Assembly (NCBI GenBank): GCA_038087875.1
Contig: CM075988.1
Location: 8,124,001 to 8,188,000, forward strand
DNA from: Malacoraja senta
Taxonomy: Eukaryota
Direction: 5' to 3'
Length of the DNA: 64,000 bases
Below the pieces are notes generated by a model that was not told the DNA's origin, ran no database searches, and worked only from the letters and a program-made list of their open reading frames with translations. Every line of letters begins with the position of its first letter. The stretch's first letter is position 1. Shown one piece after another: positions 10,980-24,164 of the stretch. A program made the translations under genes and the position numbers.

Positions 10980-13496
10980 TCGTTTTGCTTCTTTAAAATG
11001 TTTAATTCCTTAAAAAAATTATAGTCTTCGGGTTAGAGAAAACCAGAATATTTTTGGTCAGGTCTAACAATAACAGTATTTTTGGTACAATTTGACTTTA
11101 CACCGTGAATGAATAACAGAAAAGACAAGAACACTTTAAGTTATTTCAGAGGGCCAATTGCTGCTAATTCTCCAATTGCTTAACCACTCAAGGAGTGTGG
11201 TCCAATCTTATCAATGGATTTATGGGCCTCTGTGTTGATGGTGCACAATGTACAGGATGTCTTTTTCAGGACCCATGTGTTTGTTTAACCTCTGTGAAGC
11301 AGCTGCCGCACACCCTCTTGAGCATTAGGGGCGTTCATGCATCATTCAAGCCACGGACATAGTGTATTTGCTCAGACCTTTGTGTTCCCATTGCCTCTGA
11401 CTGAAACATGACTGGAATATCGCCACGGTGGGTAAACAGCGCAACCTTGTCCCTGCAGAAATCTCACTCGGCCTCTTTGTATTATGTATAGCAACAGTTG
11501 TCCTTTGGAGTTCGGAAGTGCATGCAGGCATAGCAATAATCCTGCACTTCACAGGATCACATGCACACTTGAATTGCTAATGTTTTCACTCACAAATCCA
11601 ACCAAGAAATACAACGATGGGCCATCTGAGAATTCTTGGCAGTGCTGAAGGAACTCTATTTATATTGCTGTCACTATATCAGGAGGCTTTTCATTGCATT
11701 ATCTGGAAGGGTGTATGATGTGGAAATGCTGAAGTCCCATTTGGAGTACTATCTAGAAATTAGACTGCAGCATTGCAGACCCCACCACAAGAGTGGGATG
11801 ACCAAGGATATCCTTGTCGTTATGGCCCAAGGTACAAGTGACTTTGCAATATTTTGCAGATCTTGCCAGATTCAAGAGTCCACCTTGGAATGTCTTTGAA
11901 CATCCACGCAGGATGTTTGGACAGTGTTTCACAGGCATGAGGATGCTGTTCCAACACCACTGGAAGGGAGTGGAGCTGATGGTTGCAAGCCAAACCCAAC
12001 TCAACCCAACCAAACGCAATCTTGTCTTACACTCATCAGCAAGTGGTGGGGCAGAATTAGCATCACAGTGTTGAGGTCAACTGTGGAAGCTGCATTTAAG
12101 CTATTCAGGGGATATCACGACCCAGTTGAACCATGAGTGATAGATCGGTCGTGACTGCATTTACCGTGAGTTATGACCCTCCTCCTCCTCAAATCTGCTA
12201 CGTTAATCAATATCTTGCTGGCCATTTTCAGCAAACAGCGGAACCAGACCTGACAAGAGGCCAGATACCAATGGAGAGATGCGAAAGAACTTGGTTGGGA
12301 TACCCGGTGGAAGGGATGCGTTAATACTCAAAACCAACTCATCTTACAAAACATTTTACACTCACCGTAGAAACCCAAGCAACAAAAGAACAGATTGGAA
12401 TACCAGGCCTGACAGCTTCTGCACCCAATCCATAGTCCAGTCAGGTATTTGTTTAATGATGCACCACTGATCAAGATGGCCACACAAATGGTGGCCTTAA
12501 CCTTGACGTACGAATGAATGGTCCCAGAGCGAAGCTCCCTCATAGTAGGACTATCAAATTGCCAAACCTGCCGCCGTGATTTAGCATTGCGGGGTTCCAC
12601 TCAAAAACATAAGGAAATCTAATTTAGAAAGGAGAACCCTCCAAGCGAAATGCGTGCCCTATTTTAATCAATCACTCAATGGTCAACTTCCTCTTTTGAG
12701 CACCAGAACATTATCATTCTATATATCTCTAGGTAAATAACCACTCATATTTTATCTACTGAACATTTGTACGAAATGCTTTTAATACAACAAAATATCA
12801 GGCTACATTCATCTTATTAAAACTTTATATCAGCAGCCACCACCCTCCCACCTCCAACAGACCCCTCTTCAAACAGCATGGACTTTCCCCAGCAAGCATA
12901 AGCTAACGGCTCTTCCCAACGCACATTCACTTCAGTATTGCGGTCCGCTAAAAAGCATCATCTCAGCACACAGTTGGGAACATTCATAGGTTGCGCAGCC
13001 AATGGTTAATTAATCCAATTCGTAGTCGAGCAATAAACCCCAATATGACTGCCCTGTGCCCAATGGAATCCTATGAAGAATCCAGAATACGTTGTGTATG
13101 TATGTATGTTACACAGTGCAAATATATAACTTATTTTTAGTTTAGTCTGTTAGACGCATACTTGCTATTGAAAAAGATTGGCACATTCAGACAAATACCT
13201 TATAATATCCAACATTATCCTTTTTTTTTTATAAATACGTTCACCAGAAGGCCAGGAAATGTTTAATAACAAACAAAAACAAAAAAATCCCGATTATTTA
13301 CAAAGTTAACACGGATTTTCCTGATGTCATAAATTAAAACATAAAAGTTTTTTTCCCCTCAAATTTCAAACTTGGAATTTTCCTACAAGGCAAATTATTC
13401 TGTACAGGGTGGGGAAGATGAGAGTGGGGATGGGGACACACTTCTGCCAAGGTCCTCACCCACAGCTTGGTTCTTTCGCACGTGTCTGTCTTCTGT
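10980..13496 (-). other. Probable ROBO3 3' UTR with candidate ATTAAA poly(A) signals near 11001-11006 and 12781-12786
   Basis: About 2.5 kb without recognisable SINE/LINE insertions and with AT-rich blocks. A U/GU-rich tract (cctttttttttcatttcagatttgtctgtatgtg on minus) follows the distal signal. Confidence 0.5.
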
Positions 13497-13508
13497 TCAT
13501 CTTTTCAC
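13497..13508 (-). CDS. ROBO3: Probable terminal coding exon: VKR*
   Basis: Acceptor tttttctttgttttggtgatttgcag followed by GTG AAA AGA TGA in phase 0. Analogous to the 3-residue EPR* ending of human ROBO3, and followed by a long repeat-free stretch. Confidence 0.6.
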   Translation of the reverse strand: MKR

Positions 13509-13566
13509 CTGCAAATCACCAAAACAAAGAAAAATATACATTAGTACAAAGTAATACATATAAAGA

Positions 13567-13863
13567 CGGGGTCAGCACGTTGGCACAATGGTAGAGTTGC
13601 TGCCTTACAGCGCCAGAGACCCAGGTTCGATCCTGACTGTCTATACTGTCTATACAGAGTTTGTACGTTTTCCCTGTGACCACATGGGTTTGTCTCCTGG
13701 GGTGCTCCGGTTTCCTCCCACACTTCAAAGATATACAGGTTTGTAGGTTAATTAGCTTTGGTAAGTTGCAAAGTTGTCCCTAGTGTACACAGATCGCTGA
13801 TTGGAATGGACTCAGTTGGCCGAAGGGTCTATTTCCGCACTGTATCTCTAAAGTCTAAAGTCC
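13567..13863 (+). mobile_element. HE1/V-SINE-type SINE
   Basis: Full head-to-tail match with (taaagtc)n tail. Confidence 0.82.
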
Positions 13864-16789
13864 AAAATAAGGACATGTTGCCCAGGTAAGGTCAGCAGTT
13901 CCTCAAAATGAGGGGTGAACCTGTTGAGCACTTTTTAAATGGTTAAATGGATCGATAGGGCAGGCGTAGAGAAGACAAAGTCCAGAACAAGGGTCACAAG
14001 GGTCAACTTGGACTGCAGGGCCTAGGCTTGTGCTGCTTGACTCTGTGACTCGATGCAGGAAATATAACCTGATCTTAGAACTGATCTTAAAGCACATCCT
14101 ACTTTAGACATCCTACTCGTCCACAAAAACGTTGTTGAGACCAGGGGTTAACTGAATATTTCAGAACGGAGATTGATAGATAATTTTTAAGAAAGGATGT
14201 AGAATCAAGGTGGGTAAATTGAGGCACTAAAAGCTCGACCCAAGGGACAGAACAGGCTCAGGGTTTCACTTGGGTAGCTTGCAACCTAACAGTATGAACA
14301 TTGAATTCTCCAATGTTAAGTAACTAACCTACAAATAACTTACCCCCTCTCCCCAGCCCACCGTTTTCCCCACCTCAGTTCTCTGTGCCCCACCTGGTTT
14401 TGCACCCATTTCTCTCTTCCCTTCCTCCCGTCACCTTCTACCTATATTCCTTCCTCTGGCTTCACAATTTGCAGCTCTTCTATCCTTATCTTATAGAACA
14501 TGGAATAGTACAGTACAAGAACAGGCCTTTCTGTCCACAATGTCTGTGCCAAACATCATGCAAAGACCATCTCTTATGTACCTGTACGTAACCCACATTC
14601 TTCCATTCCCATATGCATATCCAAAAGTCACTACTGTATCTGCCTCAGCCACCAACCTTGGCTCCGCATTCCAAGAACACTCCATCTTCTGTGCAAAAAA
14701 ACTTGCCCCCCTCATCTCCTTTAAACATTGCTCCTTTCACTTTAAAGCTATGCCCTCTAGTATTTGAGGTGAACTGGGTGGACCGGTTTCCACGCTGCAT
14801 CAGCTGTTCTCTTCACGACCTCGCACTGTTTACAGTGCCATCTCATTCCTTTTCTAATTTGCTAAACTCATCTTGCTCAAATTTCACTTTGGCAACTGGA
14901 GACGACGGTGGTTCCTGCGCCCAACACCGTGACTTTGCAAGAAGCATGTTGTACGTGCAACTGGGGAAGAGCAGAGCGGGGGGCGGTCAAGGACAACTGG
15001 GCAACTTCAGTGAGATAGAGTGAAGGGAGGCTGCAACAATATGAGAGGCTACGGGTGGCAATTCATATCAACGTGCGCCATTATTTACTCAACGTTAAAG
15101 GCACCTCCAACCTTCCCCTTCATGCACTGCGGGAGAGGCTTTTGTTCTCCTGATCTACGAGGTAGTGATGAAGGGGTTTGATATTAGAGAGCTTTCTTAC
15201 TTGAAGTGTAACAGTTGGTTGAACATTTGTCTGGCTGTGAAAGAATGAACTTCAACTTCTGAACTTCTGAGTCAATCAATTTTGTGCCTGTCACTCCCTG
15301 ACTCAACATTTATTAGATTGAGTAAAACTGAACGGAGATTCGTCAAGGGTATTTGCAGAACTAAGTGCTCTTAAATTTGTAATGCAGCTCCCTTCCCTGT
15401 GGCCCCTTCCCCAGCCCACCCCTCAAACATATGAGAATTGACATCCAGTATCTGGGAAGGGGCTACTGTCATCGGATCTCTATGGCACCTGCTCACGGGC
15501 CCTGGTTCACACTGGGAGACTTGTGGGGGTGGGGAAGATGGTCGTGGAGGTGGGGGTCGGGGGGGGGGGGGGTGGTTGCGGGGGGAGTGTGATTACAGGC
15601 TTAAATGAATCCTTTAAAGATGACTGTTATGCATGGCAACAATAAAATTTGTTAACGCCGCATTTTCCCATGAGACACCCAAAAAAATAGGAACAGGTTT
15701 TCTCTCAGTTCATTAGGTGATCAGGTTGCACTATCTGTGATATTTGATTCCATTTCACATTTTTCTAATATTCTGACCTTAGGCAGCAAAGAAAAAAAAA
15801 TACTGCCACATCACACACTTTGAAGTCTATCCTTGTGTATGTAATTCATATATTAAAAGCATGTTCAATTCATTAGACTTCAAGATTGCTCAATATTCTT
15901 TTCCCCTTTAGGGTACAACCTGTCTTTCATGAAATAGGAGACATTTATCATATATACATGCTCCAGGGTACAGACTGAACCGAATATAACAGGCTCAATG
16001 TTTGTAGAGATATTGAATAATTTAATATAAAATCATTTCTCATATAATTACGATTGGATGTTTGGTTTGGCGAGTTTTTAACTGCAGATAATATTTTGAC
16101 AGATTAAGTTCTGCTCTTTATAACTAAGATCTGGAATGCCTGTGCTAAAAATAGTGATGAAAATCACTGATGTTGGAACAGAGCATCTAATAGGTTTCAG
16201 AGACTATTTCAGTGAGCCTCATCTTCTGCAGAACAATGGGTATCACATTTATCTAAATGTGCATTTTTTCTGAAGCAGTTTCCACATTGGTTCTAAGACT
16301 GCCAGGCCACCCTGAACAAGTAGGATGCATTATAAAAACCAAGGATAGACACAAAATGCTTGAGTAACTCAGCGGGACAGGCAGCATCTCTGGATAGAAG
16401 GAATGGGTGGCGTTTCGGGTCGAGAGACTTCTTCAGACCGAAGTGGGCTGTTTCCTGCAGGATTTGACATTCCTGACAAAATCTATTTTCTGTCAGCCAC
16501 ATTTCAAAATGTTAGCATCAAATTTCCAACACAAAGAAAGCTCTGGTGATGTGAAATCTTCAGAAAGCTTGCGAAAATCTCCTAATAGATGGACAAGCAG
16601 CAGGATTAAGATTCGGTATTCTCCCCTAGGGAGAAATGGACTAAACCTGTTGCTTTTGATCAGGCTAACAATGCTCATGTATTCCACATGAGGTCTTTAC
16701 AAGAGATGTGGTGAGATAGGATGTGAGTAATCCTGGAGAGGAAGATCCCCGCCCCTCCCCCATTACCCTGTCTCCACCTATCACTTGTA

Positions 16790-17330
16790 GAAAAAAACAA
16801 GGAATTGCAGATGCCAGTTTACAAAAAGACACAAAGTACTGGAGTAACTCAGCGGATTAGGCAGCATCCCTGGAGAACATGGATAGGTGACATTTCAGGT
16901 CGTTATGAAGAAGGGCCCCGACCTAGAACGTCACCTACCCATGTTCTTCAGAGATGCTGCCTAATTCACTGAGTTACTCCAGCACTTTGTGTCCACCTAT
17001 CACTTGCCAGATTCTGCTCCACCTCTCTTCCAACTTTCTCCCTCCCCCCCCTAACCCCACCACTTCAATCAGTATGAAGAAAGGTTCTGACCCAAAACAT
17101 TGCCTATCCATGTTCTCCAGCGATACAAGGAACTGCAGGTGCTGGTTTACAAAAGACACACAAGTGCTGGAGTAACTCCACAGGGAAGACAACATCCCTG
17201 GAGAATATGGATAGGTTACACTTCAGATGGGGACCCTTCTCCTGAGATGTTGCCTGTCCTGCTGAGTTTACTCCAGAACTCTGTGCTTTTTCTATTTCTA
17301 AACCAGCGTCGGAAGTTCCTTTTGCCTGCA
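16790..17330. mobile_element. Cluster of PLE-terminus fold-back elements
   Basis: Several tandem or nested gagtaactc..ggcagcatc / gatgctgcc..gagttactc arms. Confidence 0.7.
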
Positions 17331-18274
17331 TTTATTGTTGTGAAAGGTGGTGTTGGGTCTATTCCACAAGCTCTGTAATGCGTTCATATCCTTCCAATAA
17401 GCAACTGGAACTGCAAACAATACTCAAAATTTGCCTAAATAAAATTTTGTACACCGGCAAGATTTTTATACCCCATTTTTATACTCAGTGCCCCAATGGA
17501 TGAAGCCAAGCATGCCAAACATAATCTTTACACCCTGTTGCCACATTCACAGATCTATGACTAGCACCCCAAGACTCCTTCAGATCAGTACTTCTAAGGG
17601 CCCTGCCATTTACTACATACTTTCCTTTTGCATTCGACCTCCCAAAGTGCAACACCTCACATTTGTCCAAACTCAATCTGCCATTTCTCCGTCTAACTTT
17701 CCAACGGATCTATATCCTGTTGTATTATTTGATAATCTACTCCCCACAAAACCACCAATTTGTGAGGCATTAAAAGAGAGCAAGATCCCTAACTTAAAGA
17801 GAACAAAAAGAAGGCTACGGGGTAATAAGAAGGGGATGGATGGTACTGATGTGATTGCTCTGGTGGGAACCAGCATCACCTCATGGCCTCGTCCTGTGTC
17901 ATGATAAGTAATAAACTCCAGTGGGAGATAATAATAAGATCTCTGGAATGTTTCCTGACAAGAGAGGGACGTGTTTGCCAAGGTGGTGTGTGACATGGGA
18001 GGGAAGGTGGGTGTCGGTGCAGAAACTGCAGTAGGAGATGGGGTCAACCCACAGTGAACTGCTTCAGTACATCAGAAACAATGCGAAACCTTCATATGCG
18101 AGGTGCCAAGAGCGGGTGACACTGGATCTATAGGTTAGCTCGAGATCAGAGTGTGAGCCGAGGGATTCAAGCATTTTCTTGCTGCAGATATATTCACATG
18201 AAATTCCATTGCATTTGAGAGTAGGAGGTTCATTGCTGCTCTTTTGATAGCGAAGGGATTTTTTTTAGGTCCAC

Positions 18275-18583
18275 CAGCACAGTGGCACCGTGGTAGAGTT
18301 GCTTCCTCACGGCGCCAGGGACCAGGGTTCGATCCTGACTATGGCTGCTGTCTGTACGGAGTTTGTACGTTCTCCCCGTGACCACGTGGCTTTTCTCCGG
18401 GTGCTCCGGTTTCCTCCCACATTCCAAAGACGTGCAGGTTTGTCGGTTAATTGGCCTCAGTAAACACTGTCCCTAGTGTGTGGGATGGAACCAGTGTAGA
18501 GGTGATTGCTGGTTGGCGTGGACCCGGTGGGCCGAGGGGCCTGTTCCCACACTGTATCTCCAAACTAAAAGTAAAGCTAAAGC
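18275..18583 (+). mobile_element. HE1/V-SINE-type SINE
   Basis: Full head-to-tail match. Confidence 0.82.
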
Positions 18584-19064
18584 TGAGTGAACATAGTTTG
18601 AATTGAAACATAACAATGCTGCGGTCTTTCAGTACAGCATTGAAACGGTAGTCGAAGCTACACGGAGCTGTCTGTGGACGCGTGAGAAGTGGCATTGATC
18701 CAACAACAACATCTCCGCTGAAGGGACTACATCCTCCAGATTGTCATACAGTGTCTTGTTGACAGCGCAGAGCAGGAACCATCAGATGGCCCAATCGTGC
18801 AGCTGGAAGAGATGCTGTCTTACAGTGCCAGAGACCTGGCTTCAATCCTGATTTTGATTGATCTCTATATGGAGTTTGCATGTGTTGGGCTTGCTCTGGG
18901 TTCCCCAGTCCCCCCCCCCCCCCCCCACAACATCCCAAAAATGTGCAAGTTGGTAGGTTAAATGACCAGTGTAAATCATCCCCAGTGTGTAGGTGAGTGG
19001 TGGTATCTGGGGAAAATCGACGAGAATAAAAAATGACCTGTGTGTAGGATTTTTTTTTGTATTG

Positions 19065-19375
19065 TTTAGAGATCCAGCATGGAAACAGGCCCTTCGGCCC
19101 ACTGAGTCCGCCCTGACCAGCGATCCCTGTACACTGGCACTATCCTACACACACTGGGGACAATTTACACTTACACCAAGCCAAAAAACATACACACCTG
19201 TACGTCTTTGGAGAGTGGGAGGAAACAGAAGATCTCGGAGAAAACGCATGTGGTCACGGGGAGAAGGTACAAACACCATACAGACAGCACCCATAGTCGG
19301 GATCGAACCCGGGTCTCCGGCGCGGCAAGCGCTGTAAGGCAGCAACTCCACCGCTGCCCCACTGTGCTGCCCACG
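19065..19375 (-). mobile_element. HE1/V-SINE-type SINE
   Basis: Reverse-complement full copy. Confidence 0.82.
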
Positions 19376-20460
19376 GCGTAAATGTGTGGTTGATGATCGA
19401 CATGGATTCTGTGGGGCAAGGGGCCCGTTTTCGTTCTGTATTTCTCTGTGACCCTATAACTGACAATATTATATCGGCGACGAGATGAATTTAACCGTGA
19501 GGCGTGGTCCATTCGATGTCCTTGCCAATGGTATGATGAGTCTGCGCCGGGTCCAATGATGACGGGTGTCATTCAACATGCAATAGCTCCGATGAATTGT
19601 AGATCTGATTGAGACGGGGCTAAGAGCCGGTTAAAGACCTTCTGCTTTATTTTCACCGGGGAAGGAGTCTCGGAGCTTCCCATTTAAACAAAAGCAAAGC
19701 TCCATCGCATCGCAACCCTCAGCATTCCTGTGACAGGTCCACCAATGGAATCTTCAAACAAGATGAAAGGGCCTTTGTAGAGAAGCAAAAAGGCGCAACA
19801 AAAGAGAGAGGGGGAAAAAAAAGATGATTGAAAGGAACTGAAGTTGAAGGTGGCCCTTTGCTCTAGGTAAGGCCTGACAGGTCTGAGCAAGTCTAAGAGC
19901 AAAGAGTCATTTCACAAGCTGTTCTTTTCATTCTACTGCCAGTTGCATTCAGGGAGTATCAGGTAGATAAGGTGCAGGGGGGCTCAATGGATGTTAATAC
20001 AGCGATTAGCTTTGTAATCTAAACCACATAATGGAGTTCTAAAGGGCTCCTGACATAGTTATCTATAAATCCTTGCCCTCAAGCAGGAGTGCACAGTGCT
20101 CTCCAGAGGGAATTTTCGTTGCCTCTGCAGCAAATTATAATTTAACTCTTCAAATACACTGACTTGTAAGGCAAGTTTTCATCACCTCCTTCAAAGATGT
20201 CCTGTTTTGCTAGATTGGTAGATTTGTGAATCTAAAGGTTGAGGTTCTATCTTACAGATTTTTCTGCTGCCAAATACACAATTTCAAATGATTAATACCA
20301 CTAATACCAATAACTCCTGTGCTGAACAAATGCTGTAAGGGTTTTGGTAACTGGCATTTTGACTAAAATGGTACAAATACACTGAACACTATAAATCCTG
20401 TGTACATATTTACAATAATAACTGTAGTCACCCAAACTTTGACCGGAGTAGTAAATATTG

Positions 20461-20694
20461 TGGTTTACACTGAAGATAGACACAAAATGCTGGAGTAACT
20501 CAGTGGGTCAGGCAGCATATCTGGAGAAAAGGAATTGGTGATGTTTGGGTTCAAGACCCTTCTTCGGACTGAAAGGACCCTCTCAGATAGACCCTCTCAG
20601 TCTGAAGAAGCGTCTCGACCTGAAACATCGCCAATTCCTTTTCTCCAGAGATGCTGTCTGACCCGCTGAGTTACTCCAGCATTTTGTGCCTATC
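20461..20694. mobile_element. PLE-terminus fold-back element
   Basis: Inverted arms around a short spacer; ctgaagaag..gaaac core on the plus arm. Confidence 0.8.
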
Positions 20695-20797
20695 CACAGT
20701 GTATACGGTACTGATTCAGATTTGTGCAGGCAGGCAGTATCAAGCCAATTCTACTCATAGAGTCATAGAGCCATACAGCATGAAAACAGGACCCTTA

Positions 20798-21494
20798 AGG
20801 GCCTGTCCCACTTACGTGTCCTTGGCACGCAAATTACGCGACCTCGTCTTCGCATTGAGGCGCACGGGCATCGTATGACCACGCGAGGCCGGTCCCACTG
20901 AGAAGCGCGGAGGGGTATGTAGTTGTGCGCGACATCGCGCGGGGCTCCGAAAATATTGTAGTGAGCTAAATCTTCGCGCGCCAACGGCCTGTCGCGTAAC
21001 TGACGGCCAAAGTGGGACAGGCCCAAGACCCTGGCGCGACGCAACGTCTCACCTCCAACAGCAGCAGAAGCAGGCAAACGATCGCCGAACTCGGCCTGGG
21101 GCTCACGGCCGTTGCGGATCCGGATCCGCCCCCACTTCTACTCCCAGAGCGGGGCCAAGAAAATTGAAGATAGACACAAAATGCTGGAGTAACTCAGCGG
21201 GACCGGCAGCATCTCCGGAGAGAAGGAATGGGTGATGTTTCGGGTCAAGACCCTTCTTTCAGACTGAAGAAGAGTCTCGACACGAAACGTCACCCATTCC
21301 TTCTCTCCAGAGATGCTGCCGGTCCCGCTGAGTTACTCCTGCATTTTGTGTCCATCTTCAAATGACGTCACGCGCTCCAGACGGCTGTGCGGGCGCATGA
21401 AATCGCGCGCGACCTTCGCGGGACCGTCGCACCTCAACGCAACCACGAGGTCGAGTAATTAGCTTGCCAAGGACACATAAGTGGGACAGGGGCT
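20798..21494. mobile_element. Harbinger-like MITE with an internal TIR copy and a nested fold-back element
   Basis: AGGGCCTGTCCCACTTACGTGTCCTTGGCA / TGCCAAGGACACATAAGTGGGACAGGGGCT, with TTA TSD on both sides. Confidence 0.85.
21165..21360. mobile_element. PLE-terminus fold-back element nested in a MITE
   Basis: Near-perfect palindrome tgaagatagacacaaaatgc...gcattttgtgtccatcttca centred on tcagactga. Confidence 0.85.
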
Positions 21495-22113
21495 TTAGCC
21501 CAACTCGTCCATGCCAATCAAGATTCCCCATCTAAGCATCCCATTTGCCTGCATTTGGCCCATATACCGCTAAAATGTTCCTATCCATGTACCTGTCCAA
21601 GTGTCTTTTAAATGTTGTTACAGTTCCTACAACAACTATCTCCCCTAGCAGCTCGTTCTATAAGCCCACCACCCTCTGAGTGAAAAAGTTGCCCCTCAGG
21701 TGCATTCACACGATCTATTCCCCTCATGAAGATCTATAAGATCACCCCTCAGCAGATGAGATTAGTTTCTAAATTCTATGTATCTGGGTATCTGACTAAA
21801 TGCTTTGTAAATATTTTAAATGTTGTCATTATACCCGCCTCTACAGCTTCCTCAGGGAGCTCATTCCATATACTCACCTGAAGAAATTGCCCCTCAGATC
21901 TCTTTTGCATTGTTCCCCTCTCAAATTAATCCTGTCCTCTAGTTGTTATCTATCCCCTTCATAATTTTACACCAGGTCATTCCTCAGCCTTCTACGCTCC
22001 AAGGAAAAACGTCACAACCTATCCAGTCTGTTCTCATAACTCAAACCTTCTTAAGTGCTGGTAGTATCCTGGGGAATCTTTTCAGCACCCATTCCAGCTT
22101 AATCACATCCTTC

Positions 22114-22301
22114 AGGGCCTGTCCCACTTGGGCGTCATTTGCGCGTCACGCAGATGGCACACGAAGATTTTGTGCATCACAAAGTCCTGGGGCGCCGCGC
22201 ACGACCGCGCATGACTGCCTACATCACCACGTGCAATGCACACCATGCGCGCATCACGTGTGCGCACGACACGCTCGTCGTGCGTCATGAGGCGTAAATG
22301 A
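22114..22301. mobile_element. Harbinger-like MITE, right TIR truncated (same subfamily as 58820-59032)
   Basis: Starts AGGGCCTGTCCCACTTGGGCGTCATTTGCGCG; CpG-rich interior similar to the 58820 copy; sits within a CR1 fragment. Confidence 0.7.
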
Positions 22302-22330
22302 TTCCTATAATCAGGGCGACTAGAACTCCG

Positions 22331-22990
22331 CATAATACTCGGGTGGCGCCGTACGATGGCAGCCTCGCCAACAGTCTGTCTCGTCCTATTCTTCTTTTGT
22401 TGTTTTTAATCTGTTGTTAAATGTATGTTTTAGTGTATCTTTCATTTTGTATTATGTGGGTGGTGGGAGGGGGTTTGTGGAAACTTTTAAAAATCTCTTT
22501 CCTCGACGGAGATGCGACTTTTCCGTATCGCATCTCCGTCAGCACTGCGGCCTAACATCGTGGAGCTGCCGGTCCCTTTGCTGGGGATCGACCTCGGGAG
22601 CTCCAACCTCGGGAGCCTGCGGACTTAACACTGTGGAGCTCGTGGTCCCTTGGTTAGGGATCGACTTCGGGAGCTCCAACCGCAGGAGCTTCGACCGCCC
22701 CGATCGTGGCAAGCTTCGATCGTCCAGACGCTGGGGCTTCGATCGCCGGCTGCGGGAACTTTGATCGCCCCGATTGCGGATGGTTCGACTGCCCCGACCG
22801 CGGGAGAAAAGGAGGGAAGAAGATAATACGTTATTGCCTTCCATCACAGTGCGCTGTCGTGGATGTTTATGTTAATTTTTATGTAGTTGTGTGTCTTGTT
22901 GCTTTTTTGGTATGGCTGTATGGCAGATCAAATTCCTTGTATGTTTTTACATACTTGGCTAATAAATTAATTACAATTACAATTACAATT
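22331..22990 (+). mobile_element. Non-coding retro-element-like insertion with GC-rich internal repeats and an (AATTAC)n tail
   Basis: Interrupts a CR1 fragment with TACTC on both sides; AATAAA precedes the tandem tail; repeated gggatcgac..cgggagctccaac and ttcgatcgcc motifs. Confidence 0.55.
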
Positions 22991-24164
22991 ACTCCAAATG
23001 TGATCTCACCAACATTTTGTACAGCTGAAACATGATGTCCCAACCCTTGTGCACGATACCTTTATCAATGAAGGCAAATATGCTCAACAACTTCATCATC
23101 CTGATTACCTGTCTGTCTTACCACTTTCAGGGAACTGTGCACCTGTACCCTATATCTCTGCTCTACAATCCTCCTCAGGGCCCTACCATTTACTGAGAAA
23201 GACCTGCTCTGGTTTGACTTGCCAAGATGCATCACCTAACACTTGTCCGAGTTAAATTCCATCTACCATTCCTTAGCCCACTTCACAAGTTGACACAAAG
23301 TTTTTTGCAAATAACCTTCCAGGTGGATTGGATGACATAAACGTCATATATATCTGACAGTAGACATTTGCAACATTTCTCAACAAGTTACACCAGTTAC
23401 AGAAGGAGACAAACTCTTGTGGAATTTCAGGGCCACATCTTCCCAGTGTTGGTAAGAACTCTGCATTTCATCCTTTGCACAGACTTGGCCTATACACAAA
23501 CAAGAACTAAAATGTAGAAACAAGACACTACAGATGCTGGTTTATAAAATAAGTCACAAAGTGCTGGACTAACTCAGTGGGTCAGGCAGCATCTCTGGAG
23601 AACACAAATAGGTGACGGTTCGGGTCAGAACCCCTCTTCAGACTGATTCTTCTGAACGGGACCCTTCTTCAGACAATGGAAATGCTTAGCAGGTTAATAA
23701 ACTGTTGATTCTGAAACCGCTACATGGCTGTATTCTTCCTGCATAGAGTTAGTGGAGATCCCCTGTGCACAGCACATTGAACGGACTAAGTAAATGTGCG
23801 CCGACGCGAGTAAATGACTAGGTTAACAAATGGTGATGGAGATCTCAAGAGTAAAATACAGTTGTGTTTCGAATGGGATCAACAGACTTACAAGTACTAT
23901 CACAACGTTGAAGAAACATTTAGACAGGTACATCGATAGGATAGGTTTTAGGGAGATATGGGCCAAATGCAGGCAAGAGGGACTAGTGTAGATGGGACAT
24001 GTTGGTCGGTGTGGGCAAGTTGAGCCAAAGGGCCTGTTTCTATGCTATGGGACTCTATGACTCCATAAGAGACAGTCCATTGACACATTCCTTCTGGTGA
24101 TATGTAAACAGGGACTAGATCGGCAGGTTATTGGACGATGGATTTGGGCACCACTGCCTCCTAC

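Larger units (their letters stand above)
21498..23290 (-). mobile_element. Fragmented CR1-type LINE remnants hosting later insertions
   Basis: CR1 3' UTR and RT-tail-like sequence interrupted by a MITE and the 22331-22990 element. Confidence 0.6.

Noticed and set aside
14842..14975. Possible minus-strand exon after ctctgctcttccccag
   Set aside because: Acceptor-like, but no ROBO similarity in any frame and no supporting donor or poly(A) signal.
24045..24164. Read-through extension of the penultimate exon as the true C-terminus
   Set aside because: A good GAG|gtagg donor exists and the extension ends in a CR1 tail; the spliced VKR* ending fits better, though read-through cannot be excluded without RNA data.
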